Positions 20,768-31,622 are shown, numbered from the stretch's first letter. The stretch: DNA of 64,000 nt from an uncultured Actinomycetota bacterium (GCA_963770565.1 CAVYQE010000002.1:288001-352000); one strand, 5' to 3'. Made by a program: numbers and translations. The notes: generated by a model from the letters alone, not told the origin.

Positions 20768-22335
20768 TCGTCGACCTGCTGTTGTTGTTGCTGGGCCTGG
20801 CCGCGATGCGGCGCGGCGGCCGGCACACCGACGTGCAACTGCCCGCCGACCGACGCCGAACCACGCCCCGCGCTGCCCTCGACCAGATCGGCCGCGCCGC
20901 TGAGCACCCAGGTGTCCTTCGATCCACCGCCTTGGCTCGAGTTGACGACCAGGCTGCCCTCGACCAGGGCCACCCGCGTCAATCCGCCGGGCATCACCCA
21001 GACCCGCTCGCCGTCGTTGACCGCGAACGGGCGCAGATCGAGGTGGCGCGGCACGAGCTCGCCGTCGACCAATGTCGGCGCGGTCGACAACGGCACCACC
21101 GGCTGCGCGATCCAGCGGCGCGGATCGGCGATCACGTCGCGGCGCAGCTTCGCCAACTGGCGTTCGGTCGCCGACGGCCCGATTACCAGCCCGTAGCCGC
21201 CGGAGCCGTCCACCGGCTTGAGCACCAGCTCGGCGAGGTGGTCGAGGACGTGTGCCCGGGCTTCGGGCTCCTCGAGCCGATAGGTGTCGACGTTGCGCAG
21301 CAGCGGTGTCTCGCCGAGGTAGTAGTCGATCATCGCCGGTACGTAGGTGTAGGCGAGCTTGTCGTCGGCCACACCGTTGCCGACCGCGTTGGATATGACG
21401 ACGTTGCCGGCGCGCGCCGCACCGAGGATGCCGGGGCAGCCGATCACCGAGTCGGGCCGGAAATGGACCGGGTCGAGAAACTCGTCGTCGATCCGCCGGT
21501 AGACGACATCGACCCGTTGCTCGCCCTCCGTCGTACCGAGGAACACCACCCCGTTCCGGCTCACCAGATCCCGGCCCTCGACCAGCTCGACGCCCATCTG
21601 GCGCGCGAGCAACGAGTGCTCGAAGTACGCCGAGTTGTAGGCGCCCGGTGTGAGCACCACCACCAGCGGGTCGGCGACCCCCGCAGGCACCGACTCGCGC
21701 AACGCCGACAGCAGCCGGGAGGGATAGCTCGACACCCGGCGGACCCGCTCGCTGCCGAACAGGTCGGGCAGCACCCGGGCCATCGTCCGCCGGTTCTCCA
21801 GCACGTAGCTCACGCCGGAGGGAGTTCGCAGGTTGTCCTCGAGCACGCGCAGCTCACCGGTCTCGTCGCGCACCAGGTCGATGCCCGCGACGTGAATCCG
21901 TACGCCGTTGGGCGGCTCGATCCCGTGCGCGGCCCGGTGGAAATGTTGAGAGGTCGTGACCAGCCGGCGCGGCAGCGCGCGGTCGGTGAACGCCCGCCCC
22001 TCGCCGTAGACGTCGGCGAGAAACGCTTCGAGGGCGCGCACCCGCTGAGCGACGCCGCGCTCGATCAGGCTCCACTCATCGGTGCTGAACAGCCGTGGCA
22101 CGACGTCGAGCGGAAACGGCCGCTCCTCGCCGGACAGCGAAAACGTGACGCCGGCGTCGGTGAATGCACTCGACAGCGCGTTGCCGCGCGCCGCCAGGTC
22201 GGACATCGACAGCGACTCCAGCGCCGCCACCACGGACCGGTACGCCGGTCGCGGTGACCCGTCCGGCGCGAAGACCTCGTCGTACGCGCCGGTAGCTCGC
22301 TGTCGCTCGAGGTAGCCACCGAGCAGGTCGCCCAT
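20761..22335 (-). CDS. Circularly permuted type 2 ATP-grasp protein
   Basis: VLEDNLRTPSGVSY, NSAYFEH, GNGVADDK, KPVDGSGGYG, VNSSQGGGSKDTWV. Confidence 0.93.
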   Translation of the reverse strand: MGDLLGGYLERQRATGAYDEVFAPDGSPRPAYRSVVAALESLSMSDLAARGNALSSAFTDAGVTFSLSGEERPFPLDVVPRLFSTDEWSLIERGVAQRVRALEAFLADVYGEGRAFTDRALPRRLVTTSQHFHRAAHGIEPPNGVRIHVAGIDLVRDETGELRVLEDNLRTPSGVSYVLENRRTMARVLPDLFGSERVRRVSSYPSRLLSALRESVPAGVADPLVVVLTPGAYNSAYFEHSLLARQMGVELVEGRDLVSRNGVVFLGTTEGEQRVDVVYRRIDDEFLDPVHFRPDSVIGCPGILGAARAGNVVISNAVGNGVADDKLAYTYVPAMIDYYLGETPLLRNVDTYRLEEPEARAHVLDHLAELVLKPVDGSGGYGLVIGPSATERQLAKLRRDVIADPRRWIAQPVVPLSTAPTLVDGELVPRHLDLRPFAVNDGERVWVMPGGLTRVALVEGSLVVNSSQGGGSKDTWVLSGAADLVEGSAGRGSASVGGQLHVGVPAAAPHRGQAQQQQQQVDEC

Positions 22336-22365
22336 GGGGGAAGGTTAGAGCCGCCGAGCGAGCGG

Positions 22366-24321
22366 CTAGGCGTCGGCCGCGCCGCGCGTGCCCACCCGGT
22401 CGGCAAGTGCAGCGGGGTCGGTCGTCGGCGCGTCGCACACGAAGCCCCTGCAGACATACGCCGCGCCGGGCGGCCGGTCGGCGAGCAGTGGCGAGTCACC
22501 CCCGGTCACGACAACGGCGCCGGGTGAAGTCGCGCGCCGGGCAATCGCGGCCAGCTCCGGTGCCTCGACGACGGCGATCTCCAGTGGTCCCGCGAGGAGC
22601 GCTTCGGCTGCGGCGGCCGACCATCCGGCGAAGCGCGGGAAACGCTCGATCAGCGGCGCGGCCTTGCCGAGCGCGACCACGGCGGTGTCGCGAAGGTCGG
22701 CGCGACCGGTCAGGGCCGACGCGGTCAGCATTGCGGCAACGACCGACGAGAAGCCGGACGGGGTCGCACCGTCGGTCGGGTCCTGTGGCCGGCGAACCAG
22801 CCGCTGCGCGTCGTCGGCGGTATCGAAGAAGCCATTGGAGCCGTCGTCGAAGTGCACGGTCGCGACCTCGATCAGTTCCTCGGCGAGGTCGAGCCACCGG
22901 CGTTCGCCGGTCGCCTGGTGCAGGGCGAGCAATCCCTCGCCGAGATCGCCGTAGTCCTCGAGCACACCGATCGGATCGCCGACCACGCCGTTGCGCGACA
23001 CTCGCCGCAACCTGCCGTCGACGACGTGCCGCTCAGCGAGGAACTCGGCGCATCTAGAGGCCGCGTCGATGAAGTCGTCCCGGCCGAACAACACGCCGAT
23101 CTCTGCGAGCGAGGCGATCGCCAGCCCGTTCCACGCGGTGACCACCTTGTCGTCACGAGCCGGTGGAACGCGCTGCGCCCTGACCGCCAGCAGCCGCGCG
23201 CGTTCCGCGCGGTACTCGTCCGGATCAGTAGGGTCGCTCAGCAGCTGAAGCACCGACCGACCGTGTTCGAAGGTGCCCTCCGGGGTCACGGTGAAGATCG
23301 CCGCCGCCCGTTGGCCCACCTCGTCCGGAGTCCAGACGTAGTAGCGACCCTCATCGCCCTCGCTGTCGGCATCGAGTGAGGAGGCAAAGCCGCCGGACTC
23401 GGTCAACAGGTCGGCGAGCATCCACTCGCAGGTCTCGATCGCCACCCGCCGGCCGAGCTCGGCGGCGCAGAGCCGCCACCAGTGCGCGTAGACCCGGGCG
23501 AGCAAAGCGCTGTCGTACAACATCTTCTCGAAGTGCGGCACGACCCAGTGCGCGTCGACCGAATAGCGGGCGAAGCCGCCGCCGAGCTGGTCGTACATCC
23601 CGCCGCGCGCCATTCGCTCGCAGGTGATGTCGACGATCTCGGCGCTGCGACTCGAGCCGGATCGAGCCGCGTGCCGCAGCAAGAACTCGAGCACCATCGA
23701 CGGCGGGAACTGTGGAGCGCCGCCGAAGCCGCCGGTCACGTCGTTGTGACGGTCCGCCAACGCGGACGCCGCAGCATCGAGACCGGTCGCGGTCACCCCG
23801 GAGCCGGACAGCGGGGACGCTGCGCGCTCGTTCAACTCCGCCACGATGTGCGCGCCTGATTTCTCGATCTCATCCCGACGGGTCGTCCACGCCTCGACGA
23901 TCGACTCGAGCAGCCGCCGGAACGACGGCATGCCGGGCCGGTTGTGCGGCGGGAAGTAGGTGCCGCAGAAGAACGGGTCGCCGGTCGGCGTGAGGAAGCA
24001 GGTCATCGGCCAGCCGCCGCTCCCGGTCAGCGCCTGAGTCGCCTCCATGTAGACCGCATCGACGTCCGGGCGTTCCTCCCGGTCCACCTTGATACAGACA
24101 AAGTGCTCGTTGAGATATGTCGCCGTCGCCTCGTCCTCGAACGACTCGTGCGCCATCACGTGACACCAATGGCAACTGGAATAACCAATACTGAGCAGTA
24201 TTGGCACGTTCCGGCAGCGAGCTTCAGCAAATGCTTCGTCGCCCCACGGCCACCAGTCAACGGGATTGTCCTTGTGCTGCAACAAATATGGGCTCGTCGA
24301 GGACGCGAGGCGGTTGGCCAT
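22366..24321 (-). CDS. Thioredoxin-domain protein, YyaL/SPATA20 family (DUF255 plus alpha/alpha barrel)
   Basis: [58 protein letters not shown]. Confidence 0.93.
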   Translation of the reverse strand: MANRLASSTSPYLLQHKDNPVDWWPWGDEAFAEARCRNVPILLSIGYSSCHWCHVMAHESFEDEATATYLNEHFVCIKVDREERPDVDAVYMEATQALTGSGGWPMTCFLTPTGDPFFCGTYFPPHNRPGMPSFRRLLESIVEAWTTRRDEIEKSGAHIVAELNERAASPLSGSGVTATGLDAAASALADRHNDVTGGFGGAPQFPPSMVLEFLLRHAARSGSSRSAEIVDITCERMARGGMYDQLGGGFARYSVDAHWVVPHFEKMLYDSALLARVYAHWWRLCAAELGRRVAIETCEWMLADLLTESGGFASSLDADSEGDEGRYYVWTPDEVGQRAAAIFTVTPEGTFEHGRSVLQLLSDPTDPDEYRAERARLLAVRAQRVPPARDDKVVTAWNGLAIASLAEIGVLFGRDDFIDAASRCAEFLAERHVVDGRLRRVSRNGVVGDPIGVLEDYGDLGEGLLALHQATGERRWLDLAEELIEVATVHFDDGSNGFFDTADDAQRLVRRPQDPTDGATPSGFSSVVAAMLTASALTGRADLRDTAVVALGKAAPLIERFPRFAGWSAAAAEALLAGPLEIAVVEAPELAAIARRATSPGAVVVTGGDSPLLADRPPGAAYVCRGFVCDAPTTDPAALADRVGTRGAADA

Positions 24322-24542
24322 GTAGTCGACTCTAGGTCCTACGCGAACGAGTACCGAGACGTGTCGGATCGTGCCGAAAGACATACGGGACAGACACAGG
24401 AAACCAGTGACCAAATCTGTCTAAGGGTCGCGTTAGACATGTGAGACCTCGGCGCCCCCCGCGTGTTCGTGACTGCGAACCAGTGGCAGTCTTTGTCCAG
24501 TCTGGGCTTGTACTCCTTTCTCTATCTATGTAGATTTACGAC

Positions 24543-24848
24543 ATGAGACCAGTGCGAGTTACCTCTGCAGCCCTGAGCGTCATGGCGTGTCTGGCAGCTG
24601 GGTCCGAGGAATGGCGCCATGGGTACGAGCTGTTGGCCGAGACCGGGCTGAAGTCCGGATCGCTGTACCCGATCCTCATGCGCATGGCCGAGCGCGAATT
24701 GTTAGAGGCGGCTTGGGAGCCTGATCCGCCGGCAGGACGTCCACCTCGACATCTGTACCGGCTGACGCCATCTGGGCGTGAATGGTTGCAGGCCGCCAGT
24801 GCTGTTCGCGAACGGCGCACTGTCGCGCGGCTCGAGGCGGCAACATGA
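24543..24848 (+). CDS. PadR-family transcriptional regulator
   Basis: RHGYELLAETGLKSGSLYPILMRM...GRPPRHLYRLTPSG. Confidence 0.9.
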   Translation: MRPVRVTSAALSVMACLAAGSEEWRHGYELLAETGLKSGSLYPILMRMAERELLEAAWEPDPPAGRPPRHLYRLTPSGREWLQAASAVRERRTVARLEAAT

Positions 24849-25732
24849 TCGTGGTGATCGCCTCGCTGGTACTCGCCGCGGCCGCCGTCGTTGTGACGCG
24901 TCACGGCGCCAACGATGGTGTCGCTGCGCTGGTGATGCGAGAGCTGGCCGGACCGGTACCGTCCGCGGAACGGACGTGGATCTCGGCCATGCTCGCCGAG
25001 CACGACTCAATCGACGATGCCCGTCTTCGGCGAGCGTTTGCTCGTGGTTGTCTTCGCGCGATGCTGTTCTCGCGTTGCGAGCCTGATCGGACGGCCACCC
25101 TGATCGGTGGGGTGATCGGCGTCGCTGCCCTAGGCGCTGCGGGTCTTGCGGCCGCTGGGTTGGTTCGCTATCCCGGCCTGCGCGAGGGTTGGTTGTGGAT
25201 TGTTGTTGCGACGGTGTTCGTGTTCGCCGTCGCTGGCTATGCAGTGATCGGCTTGTGGCTGAGCCAGCTCGGCTCTGCGGCCACACGGAGGATCGGCCTG
25301 ATGGCTGCCGTGCCTGCGGTCGTCATCGGATGGTGGGCCGGACACTCCAACGGCGTCGTCTCCTCGGCAACCCTCATCCTGCTCGCGATTCCGGTTGCGC
25401 TCGTTGGCGCGGGCGTGGCGAGGAGTGAGCGCCACACTGACGAAGCCGGGGTCGCTGTCGGCTGCGCCGCCGTGGCGGCCGGCCTTTTCACCTTTGTTGC
25501 CTACGCCTCGACGACATTCATTACCGGTGGCGGGCAAGCGACCGCGTCATCGCTGCAGCAATTCACACAGAGCGGCGCGTCCAGCTACCGGGCGTGGGCG
25601 ATCGGTGACCACCTGGACGGAGCGGTCTTCTTACTTCTCTTCGTGCCGCTCGTCGCGGGCGCTCTCGGCATGCTGTCCGCACACCTCGCCGCGCCGAGTT
25701 CCTCATCCGCCGTTAGCCAAACTCTCGAGTAG
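24845..25732 (+). CDS. Multi-pass membrane protein coupled to PadR
   Basis: ATGA overlap with padR; about 7-8 hydrophobic segments; WISAMLAE..SIDDARLRRAFARGC motif typical of PadR partners. Confidence 0.7.
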   Translation: MIVVIASLVLAAAAVVVTRHGANDGVAALVMRELAGPVPSAERTWISAMLAEHDSIDDARLRRAFARGCLRAMLFSRCEPDRTATLIGGVIGVAALGAAGLAAAGLVRYPGLREGWLWIVVATVFVFAVAGYAVIGLWLSQLGSAATRRIGLMAAVPAVVIGWWAGHSNGVVSSATLILLAIPVALVGAGVARSERHTDEAGVAVGCAAVAAGLFTFVAYASTTFITGGGQATASSLQQFTQSGASSYRAWAIGDHLDGAVFLLLFVPLVAGALGMLSAHLAAPSSSSAVSQTLE

Positions 25733-25849
25733 GCGATGAACTCGATCGTGCCACGGGACAGCGGCAGCGCGTCGAGCCGACGACTATCGGAACCTCTAAC
25801 TAGGAATAGCAAATCGCTAGACTGCCTTATAAGTTGCTAGATTCGCTTC

Positions 25850-27022
25850 ATGGATGCAATCCGCAATCCCTATTCGCCCGGCGCAGGCCGAGCCCCGGCC
25901 GCGCTGGTCGGACGGGACAGCGAGCTACGCACCTGGCACGTTGCGGTCGAACGCGTTCAGGCAGGCCGTTCTGCACAGTCGATCGTTCTCTATGGGCTAC
26001 GCGGAGTCGGCAAGACCGTGCTGTTGTCGGTCTTCCAGCGGGAGGCGATCGCACGCGGGTGGATCGTCGCGCAGGTCGAGGGCGGCGCTGGCAAGGGCCT
26101 TCGCGACGCCCTCGGCGACGCCCTGCACGCACCGCTGTCGGATCTGGCCCGACCGAGCGCCGGCAAGCGGTTGCTGCAGGCATTGAAGACGGCGTTGAGC
26201 TTCCGCGCTTCGGTGGACCCAACCGGATCGTGGAGCTTTGGACTCGATCTATCTGAAAGCCTCGGCGGCGGCGCCGACACCGGGTCGCTCGAAACCGACC
26301 TAGCGAAGTTGGTTCGCGATCTGTCCGCGGCAGCCAGCGAGGAATCCCTCGGACTAGCCATCCTCATCGATGAAGCGCAAGACCTCACCTCCGAAGAGCT
26401 GACGGCCGTGTGCGCCGCCGCGCACCAAGCAAGCCAGAACGAGTGGCCATGCCTGTTCGCGCTCGCCGGTTTACCGAGCCTGCCCCGAGTCCTCGCCGAG
26501 GCGAAGTCATACGCAGAGCGGCTGTTTACGTACCACCACATCGAACAACTCGCACCGGCCCTGGCGCGCGAAGCACTCGTCGAACCTGCGGCCGGCGAGG
26601 GTGCCGGCTGGGACGACGACGCAGTAACACTCATCCTTGGTGAGGCCGCCGGCTACCCATACTTCATTCAGCAGTTCGGCCAAGAAACCTGGGACGAGGC
26701 GCCAGGATCACCGATCACCATCGCCGACGCGCGTGTTGGCGCCGCACGGGGACGAGCGGCGCTCGACGACGGCTTCTTTCGAGCACGGTGGGACCGGGCC
26801 ACCCGGGCCGAACAGCAATATCTGCGCGCAGTCGCTGACGACGGCGACGACGGCGCCAGTTCCAGCGAGGTCGCACGCAGACTGGGCAGACGACCGACCA
26901 GCCTCGGCCCAGCCCGAGCCAGCCTGATCGCGAAGGGACTCGTCTACGCCCCGGAACACGGCGTGATCGCATTCACAGTGCCGGGGATGGCCCACTTCAT
27001 CCAGCGGCAACCGGACACGTAG
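25850..27022 (+). CDS. AAA_16/STAND-like ATPase with C-terminal winged HTH
   Basis: NPYSPGAG..P..LVGRD, Walker A GLRGVGKT, Walker B ILIDEAQ, GYPYFIQ, RASLIAKGLVYAPEHG. Confidence 0.85.
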   Translation: MDAIRNPYSPGAGRAPAALVGRDSELRTWHVAVERVQAGRSAQSIVLYGLRGVGKTVLLSVFQREAIARGWIVAQVEGGAGKGLRDALGDALHAPLSDLARPSAGKRLLQALKTALSFRASVDPTGSWSFGLDLSESLGGGADTGSLETDLAKLVRDLSAAASEESLGLAILIDEAQDLTSEELTAVCAAAHQASQNEWPCLFALAGLPSLPRVLAEAKSYAERLFTYHHIEQLAPALAREALVEPAAGEGAGWDDDAVTLILGEAAGYPYFIQQFGQETWDEAPGSPITIADARVGAARGRAALDDGFFRARWDRATRAEQQYLRAVADDGDDGASSSEVARRLGRRPTSLGPARASLIAKGLVYAPEHGVIAFTVPGMAHFIQRQPDT

Positions 27023-27160
27023 CGGCGGATTGTCGAGCCGTTGTGAAGGTCGACCTCAGCGTCCTCGCAGACATACGAAACAGACATACGAAACCCGGGA
27101 AGCACCAACCCAGAGCGGTCAGATTCGTCACGACTTGAGCGTGTACGGCAGCTCTCTTCG

Positions 27161-27346
27161 CTACTGCACGCTCGGAATGCTGACGTGGCACCAGTGGCAT
27201 GCGGCGTACCCGACGCTGAGTAGGACCGGCACCTCGCGGCGGCGGGCCTCGTCGAACGCTTCGTCGCACCACGGCCACCAGTCGACCGGATTGTCCTTGT
27301 GCTGCAATAGATACGGGCTCGCCGAGGTCGCGAGACGGTTAGCCAC
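27161..27346 (-). pseudogene. Orphan 5' fragment of yyaL (probable original start)
   Basis: [55 protein letters not shown], then unrelated SIPSVQ*. Confidence 0.9.
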
Positions 27347-27395
27347 CTGCTCGCTCCCTCGGCATCGGACAGATTCACGACGACCGTACCTGTTG

Positions 27396-29504
27396 CTAGG
27401 TCGGGGCGGTCGTCGAGGAGCTTGCCGCGGTCAGGTCGTAGACGGTTGTCCCGCCGATCGTGGTTGCGGTGTAGTGCGACTCGACCCAGGCGGTGATCTG
27501 GCTCGCGTCGTCGCTGCCACCCTGGGTGGATCCACCCGGGCCGCCGAAGCCACCTCCGGCAATGAAGTAGTGGATGTCGCCGGCGCGCACGAACGCCTCG
27601 AACTGCGCAAGCGACGGCGCCTGGTCGGTGCCGTTGAACCCGCCGATGGCCATCACCGGCTCGTCCACTGCGAGTTGATAACCCGACGCGTTCTCGGCAC
27701 CGATCGTTGCGGCAACCCAGCGGTACGACGACGCGTCCGCCTTCAGCGCCGTGGCCAACGCGGAGCTCACGCTGCCGGCATTCAGCAACCCGCCGCCGCC
27801 CTGTCGGCCGCCGACACCTCCCGCGCCGGGCTGACCGAAGGGCGTTCCACCCTGACCTTGCGCGCCGAAGCCGGGCACACCCAAACCTTGGCCGGTGAAG
27901 CCCCGGCCGCCGAGACCCTGGCCACCAGGTCCGTTGGTGCCGCCGGGCAGCCCGCCTCGCCCACCCTGACCGGGCGTCCCGAACACGGTCGTCACGGCCG
28001 GGCCGGCGGACGGGATCGCCCCGGTGTGACTGGTCGCCGCGGTGTCGAGGGAGTAGGCAACCGGGCCGGCCAGCGCGACCACCAGCGCACCTGTCGCGAT
28101 CAATCGGCCGGCACCGAATCGACGTACCCGATCGAGTGGCAGGAGCACGGCGACGGCGGTGAGCAGGCCGACCACCAGGATCGCGCTGCGAAGCCACGGA
28201 TGCCACGCCGGGCTGCGGGCGAGCAGATGGTGTGACCACACAGCGGACACCGCCACCGTCACCGCGATCACTTCGCGCGACCACCATCCGTCGCGCGCCT
28301 GCCACAGGCTCACGGCGCCGATTCCGACGAGTGCGCCGATGGCCGGCGCCAGTGCGACCGTGTAGTAGGGGTGGATGATGCCCTTGCCGAAGGAGAAGAC
28401 CAGCCCGGTCACCAGCAGCCAGCTCACCCACAGCAATACCTGACCGCGCCGGCCCGATGCCTCCGGCGTCCGGCGCAATGCCCACCAGGTCCCGGCCGCC
28501 AGCAACAGCGCAGCGGGAATCAGCCAAGAAACCTGGCCGCCCATATCGGCGCCGAACAGCCGGGTGATGCCGGTCGCCCCCCACATGCCCGTGCCGCCGC
28601 CACCACCACCGCCGCCGACACTGCCGGTCTCGTTACCGGTGAGCCGGCCGAGCCCGTTGTAGCCGAAAGCCAGCTGCAGGATCGAGTTGTCGGTCGAGCC
28701 GCCGATGTACGGCCGGCTCGACGCCGGTGTCAGCATCACCGCTGCCACCCACCAGCCGGCCGCGACGACGACCGCGGCACCTGCGGCGAGGAGCTGGACG
28801 ATCCGCCGGCGCAGCGTCGTCTTCGCATAGAGGAGGTAGACCAGGCCGAAGCCGGGCACGAGGAAGGCTTGCAGCATCTTGGTGATGAAGCCGAAGCCGA
28901 CCAGCGATCCGGCGAGCAGCAGCCATCGGGTGCTGGCCGACTCGAGCGCCCGGGTCACGGCGTACGCCGCACCGACGAGCAGCAGGACGAGCAACGCGTC
29001 AGGATTGTTGAAGCGGAACATCAGCGTGGCGACCGGGGTGGTCGCCAAGACCAGCCCGGCAATCAGTCCCGCCGTCGCCGAGAAGTGTCGTCGCACGGTG
29101 GCGTAGAGCAGGCCGACCGCGGCAACACCTTCCAGCGCCTGCGGGACCAAGATGCTCCACGCGTTGACGCCGAACAATCGCGCCGACAGATCCATCACCC
29201 ACAGCGACGCCGGCGGCTTGTCGACGGTGATGAAGTTCGACGAGTCGAACGACCCGAAGAAGAACGACTTCCAGCTGGTCGACCCGGCTTGCACGGCGGC
29301 CGAGTAGAAGCTGTTCGCCCAGCCGGACCCGCCGAGGTCCCACTGGTAGAGCAGCGCGGTCGAGGCGAGCAGCGCGATCAGCGCGGGTCGCGCCCAAGCC
29401 GGGTCGTCCGCGCGGCCGCGAAGCAGTCGTCGAGCCCACGCCCGGTCTCCGGAGGAGTCGACGGCGTCCGCCGGGGCAACGTGATCGATGGTGGCGGCGG
29501 TCAT
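27396..29504 (-). CDS. GT39/ArnT-like (PMT_2) membrane glycosyltransferase
   Basis: [63 protein letters not shown]; Gly-rich linkers. Confidence 0.88.
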   Translation of the reverse strand: MTAATIDHVAPADAVDSSGDRAWARRLLRGRADDPAWARPALIALLASTALLYQWDLGGSGWANSFYSAAVQAGSTSWKSFFFGSFDSSNFITVDKPPASLWVMDLSARLFGVNAWSILVPQALEGVAAVGLLYATVRRHFSATAGLIAGLVLATTPVATLMFRFNNPDALLVLLLVGAAYAVTRALESASTRWLLLAGSLVGFGFITKMLQAFLVPGFGLVYLLYAKTTLRRRIVQLLAAGAAVVVAAGWWVAAVMLTPASSRPYIGGSTDNSILQLAFGYNGLGRLTGNETGSVGGGGGGGGTGMWGATGITRLFGADMGGQVSWLIPAALLLAAGTWWALRRTPEASGRRGQVLLWVSWLLVTGLVFSFGKGIIHPYYTVALAPAIGALVGIGAVSLWQARDGWWSREVIAVTVAVSAVWSHHLLARSPAWHPWLRSAILVVGLLTAVAVLLPLDRVRRFGAGRLIATGALVVALAGPVAYSLDTAATSHTGAIPSAGPAVTTVFGTPGQGGRGGLPGGTNGPGGQGLGGRGFTGQGLGVPGFGAQGQGGTPFGQPGAGGVGGRQGGGGLLNAGSVSSALATALKADASSYRWVAATIGAENASGYQLAVDEPVMAIGGFNGTDQAPSLAQFEAFVRAGDIHYFIAGGGFGGPGGSTQGGSDDASQITAWVESHYTATTIGGTTVYDLTAASSSTTAPT

Positions 29505-29597
29505 GTGATCAACGGTCGAGGCTGTTGCTGGGAGAACGCTGGAGCCCGGCTGTCCCCTTGCGCACAAGTCCGCGCGACCCGCGCGGAGGCGGGTGAG

Positions 29598-30035
29598 CTA
29601 GTCGTTGAGCAGCGACTCGAGCACCGGCAACAGCTCGATCAGCCGCCGGACATCGTCGTCCGGCATCTTGGACAACCGCTGAGCGAGCGAGGCAGTGCCG
29701 ACACTGCGCGCCCACTCGAGCTTGTCGGCACCGGCGTCGGTAAGCGCGATGTACGCGGTCCGGCGATCGGCCGGGTCGCCGGTGCGGGCAAGCAGTCCGG
29801 CCTCCTCGAGGCTCGCGACCAGCCGGGTCGCGGTCGGTGCACTCACGCCTTCGCGGTCGGCCATGTCGCCGATCCGCATCGAACCGCCGGTCTCGACCGT
29901 GACCAGCGCCGACCACTGTGACGGCGTGAGACCACCCGGGCTGTTCTGGCGCAGCTGCCGGGCCAGCCGCGCGATCGCGACCCGAAGTCGCGCGGCCGTC
30001 GGCGCGTAGGCGATCGCCTCGGTCTCAATGGTCAT
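29598..30035 (-). CDS. MarR-family regulator
   Basis: LTPSQWSAL...MADREGVSAPTATRLVASLEEAGL...DPADRR. Confidence 0.92.
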   Translation of the reverse strand: MTIETEAIAYAPTAARLRVAIARLARQLRQNSPGGLTPSQWSALVTVETGGSMRIGDMADREGVSAPTATRLVASLEEAGLLARTGDPADRRTAYIALTDAGADKLEWARSVGTASLAQRLSKMPDDDVRRLIELLPVLESLLND

Positions 30036-30208
30036 CGAGGGTCATCCGGATCGGCCGGCGGCGGCGATTCGAAGCTCTTCGGCACTTTGCCGAGGTGCCG
30101 GGTCATCGATCGGAAGAGGAAGTAACAGGCCACCGAGAGCCCGACTACGACGAGGAACGCGATGAAGCCGGCGCCGAATGCGCTGTCGCCGCTCGCGAGC
30201 AGCGTCAC
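30032..30208 (-). CDS. Small single-pass membrane protein downstream of mca
   Basis: [33 protein letters not shown]; 4-bp overlaps with mca and marR. Confidence 0.7.
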   Translation of the reverse strand: MTLLASGDSAFGAGFIAFLVVVGLSVACYFLFRSMTRHLGKVPKSFESPPPADPDDPR

Positions 30209-31086
30209 CGTCTGGCCTCGTCCTTGATCCCCGCGAACAGGTCGTCCTCCGGCTTGGTCGTGTCGACCAGCGATCGGGCCAGCTCGTAGTCCTCGGTCGG
30301 CCAGGCCTTCTGCTGGATCTCGAGTGGGCAGGCGAACCAGAACGAGGTTGGATCGACCTGGGTGGCGTGCGCGATCAACGCCTGGTCGCGCACCTCGAAA
30401 TAGTCGCCGCACGGCACCCGGGTGGTGACCCGGTAGCCGAGGTCTGGTCGCTCGGTCCACTCCTCGAGCCGGTCCTTGTACGGCGACTCGAGCCCGGCCT
30501 CGACCATCGCCTCGTGCAGCGCAAGGAAGCGATTGCGGTGGAACGTCATGTGGTAGTAGAGCTTCAGCGGCTGCCAAGGCTCACCGGTGCCGGGATAGCG
30601 GTCGGGGTCGGCAGCCGCTTCGAACGCCTCGACGCTGATCTTGTGACACATGATGTGGTCAGGATGCGGATAGCCGCCGTTCTCGTCGTACGTCGTCATG
30701 ACATGCGGCCGGAAGGTCCGCACCACGCGAACCAGTGGCTCGGCCGCGTCCTCGAGAGTCTCAAGGCCGAAGCAGCCCTCGGGCAACGGCGGCAGCGGGT
30801 CGCCCTCGGGCAGACCCGAGTCGACGAACCCCAGCCAGGTGTGGTGCACCCCGAGGATCTCGATCGCCTTCTGCATCTCGTGATGGCGGATCCCGCTGAG
30901 GTTGGCGTTGACTTCCGGAGTGTCCATCGCCGGGTTGAGGATCGAACCGCGCTCCCCACCGGTGCAGGTCGCCACCAGTACGTCGACGCCCTCGGCGACG
31001 TAACGGGCCATCGTGGCGGCGCCCTTGCTGGCCTCGTCGTCCGGGTGGGCGTGGACGGCAAGCAGACGCAGCGGTGCATCGGTCAC
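30205..31086 (-). CDS. mca: Mycothiol conjugate amidase
   Basis: [46 protein letters not shown]. Confidence 0.95.
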   Translation of the reverse strand: MTDAPLRLLAVHAHPDDEASKGAATMARYVAEGVDVLVATCTGGERGSILNPAMDTPEVNANLSGIRHHEMQKAIEILGVHHTWLGFVDSGLPEGDPLPPLPEGCFGLETLEDAAEPLVRVVRTFRPHVMTTYDENGGYPHPDHIMCHKISVEAFEAAADPDRYPGTGEPWQPLKLYYHMTFHRNRFLALHEAMVEAGLESPYKDRLEEWTERPDLGYRVTTRVPCGDYFEVRDQALIAHATQVDPTSFWFACPLEIQQKAWPTEDYELARSLVDTTKPEDDLFAGIKDEARR

Positions 31087-31127
31087 AACGCAATGGTGTC
31101 ACGAGCACCACGGGTAACCTGCTTGAG

Positions 31128-31622
31128 ATGAGCGACGCGAACCAGACGTGGCTGACCCAGGACGCCTATGACCGGCTCGCCGCCGAGCTGGAGCACCTCT
31201 CCGGCCCGGCGCGGACCGAGATCACGGCCCGGATCGCGGCGGCCCGCGCCGAAGGCGACCTGAAGGAGAACGGCGGCTACCACGCCGCCAAGGACGAGCA
31301 GGGCAAGATGGAGGCCCGGATCCGCCAGCTCAACCAGCTGCTGCGGGACGCGAAGGTCGGCACCCCTCCCTCGGCCGACGCCGGGGTCGCCGGTCCAGGC
31401 ATGGTCGTCACCGTGCGCTTTGTCGACGGAGACGACGAGGAGACGTTCCTGATCGGATCGCGCGAGGAAGCCGCGGTCAGCGACATCGCGGTGTATTCCG
31501 CGCAGTCGCCGCTGGGCAAGGAGCTGACCGGGGCGAAGCCGGGCGAGACGGTGACCTACACCGCTCCCAACGGCAACCAGATCGGCGTCCAGCTGCTCGA
31601 GGTCAAGCCGCACTCCCGCTGA
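31128..31622 (+). CDS. greA: Transcription elongation factor GreA
   Basis: WLTQDAYDRL..EL, EGDLKENGGYHAAKDEQ, SAQSPLG. Confidence 0.96.
   Translation: MSDANQTWLTQDAYDRLAAELEHLSGPARTEITARIAAARAEGDLKENGGYHAAKDEQGKMEARIRQLNQLLRDAKVGTPPSADAGVAGPGMVVTVRFVDGDDEETFLIGSREEAAVSDIAVYSAQSPLGKELTGAKPGETVTYTAPNGNQIGVQLLEVKPHSR

Larger units (their letters stand above)
24158..27199. mobile_element. Integrase-less genomic islet inserted in yyaL, carrying a replacement yyaL 5' end
   Basis: Duplicated CHWCHV coding segment at 24158-24174 and 27183-27199; orphan yyaL 5' end at 27161-27346; AGACATACG tandem repeats inside both ends; A/T-ending and TTA codons in the cargo. Confidence 0.75.

Noticed and set aside
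27780-27990. Gly-rich repeats in GT39 as a separate repeat element
   Set aside because: In-frame low-complexity linker typical of this glycosyltransferase family.
26944-28584. 546-aa minus-strand ORF spanning GT39 and the islet end
   Set aside because: Off-frame shadow of the GT39 gene with Arg/Gly-rich nonsense composition.
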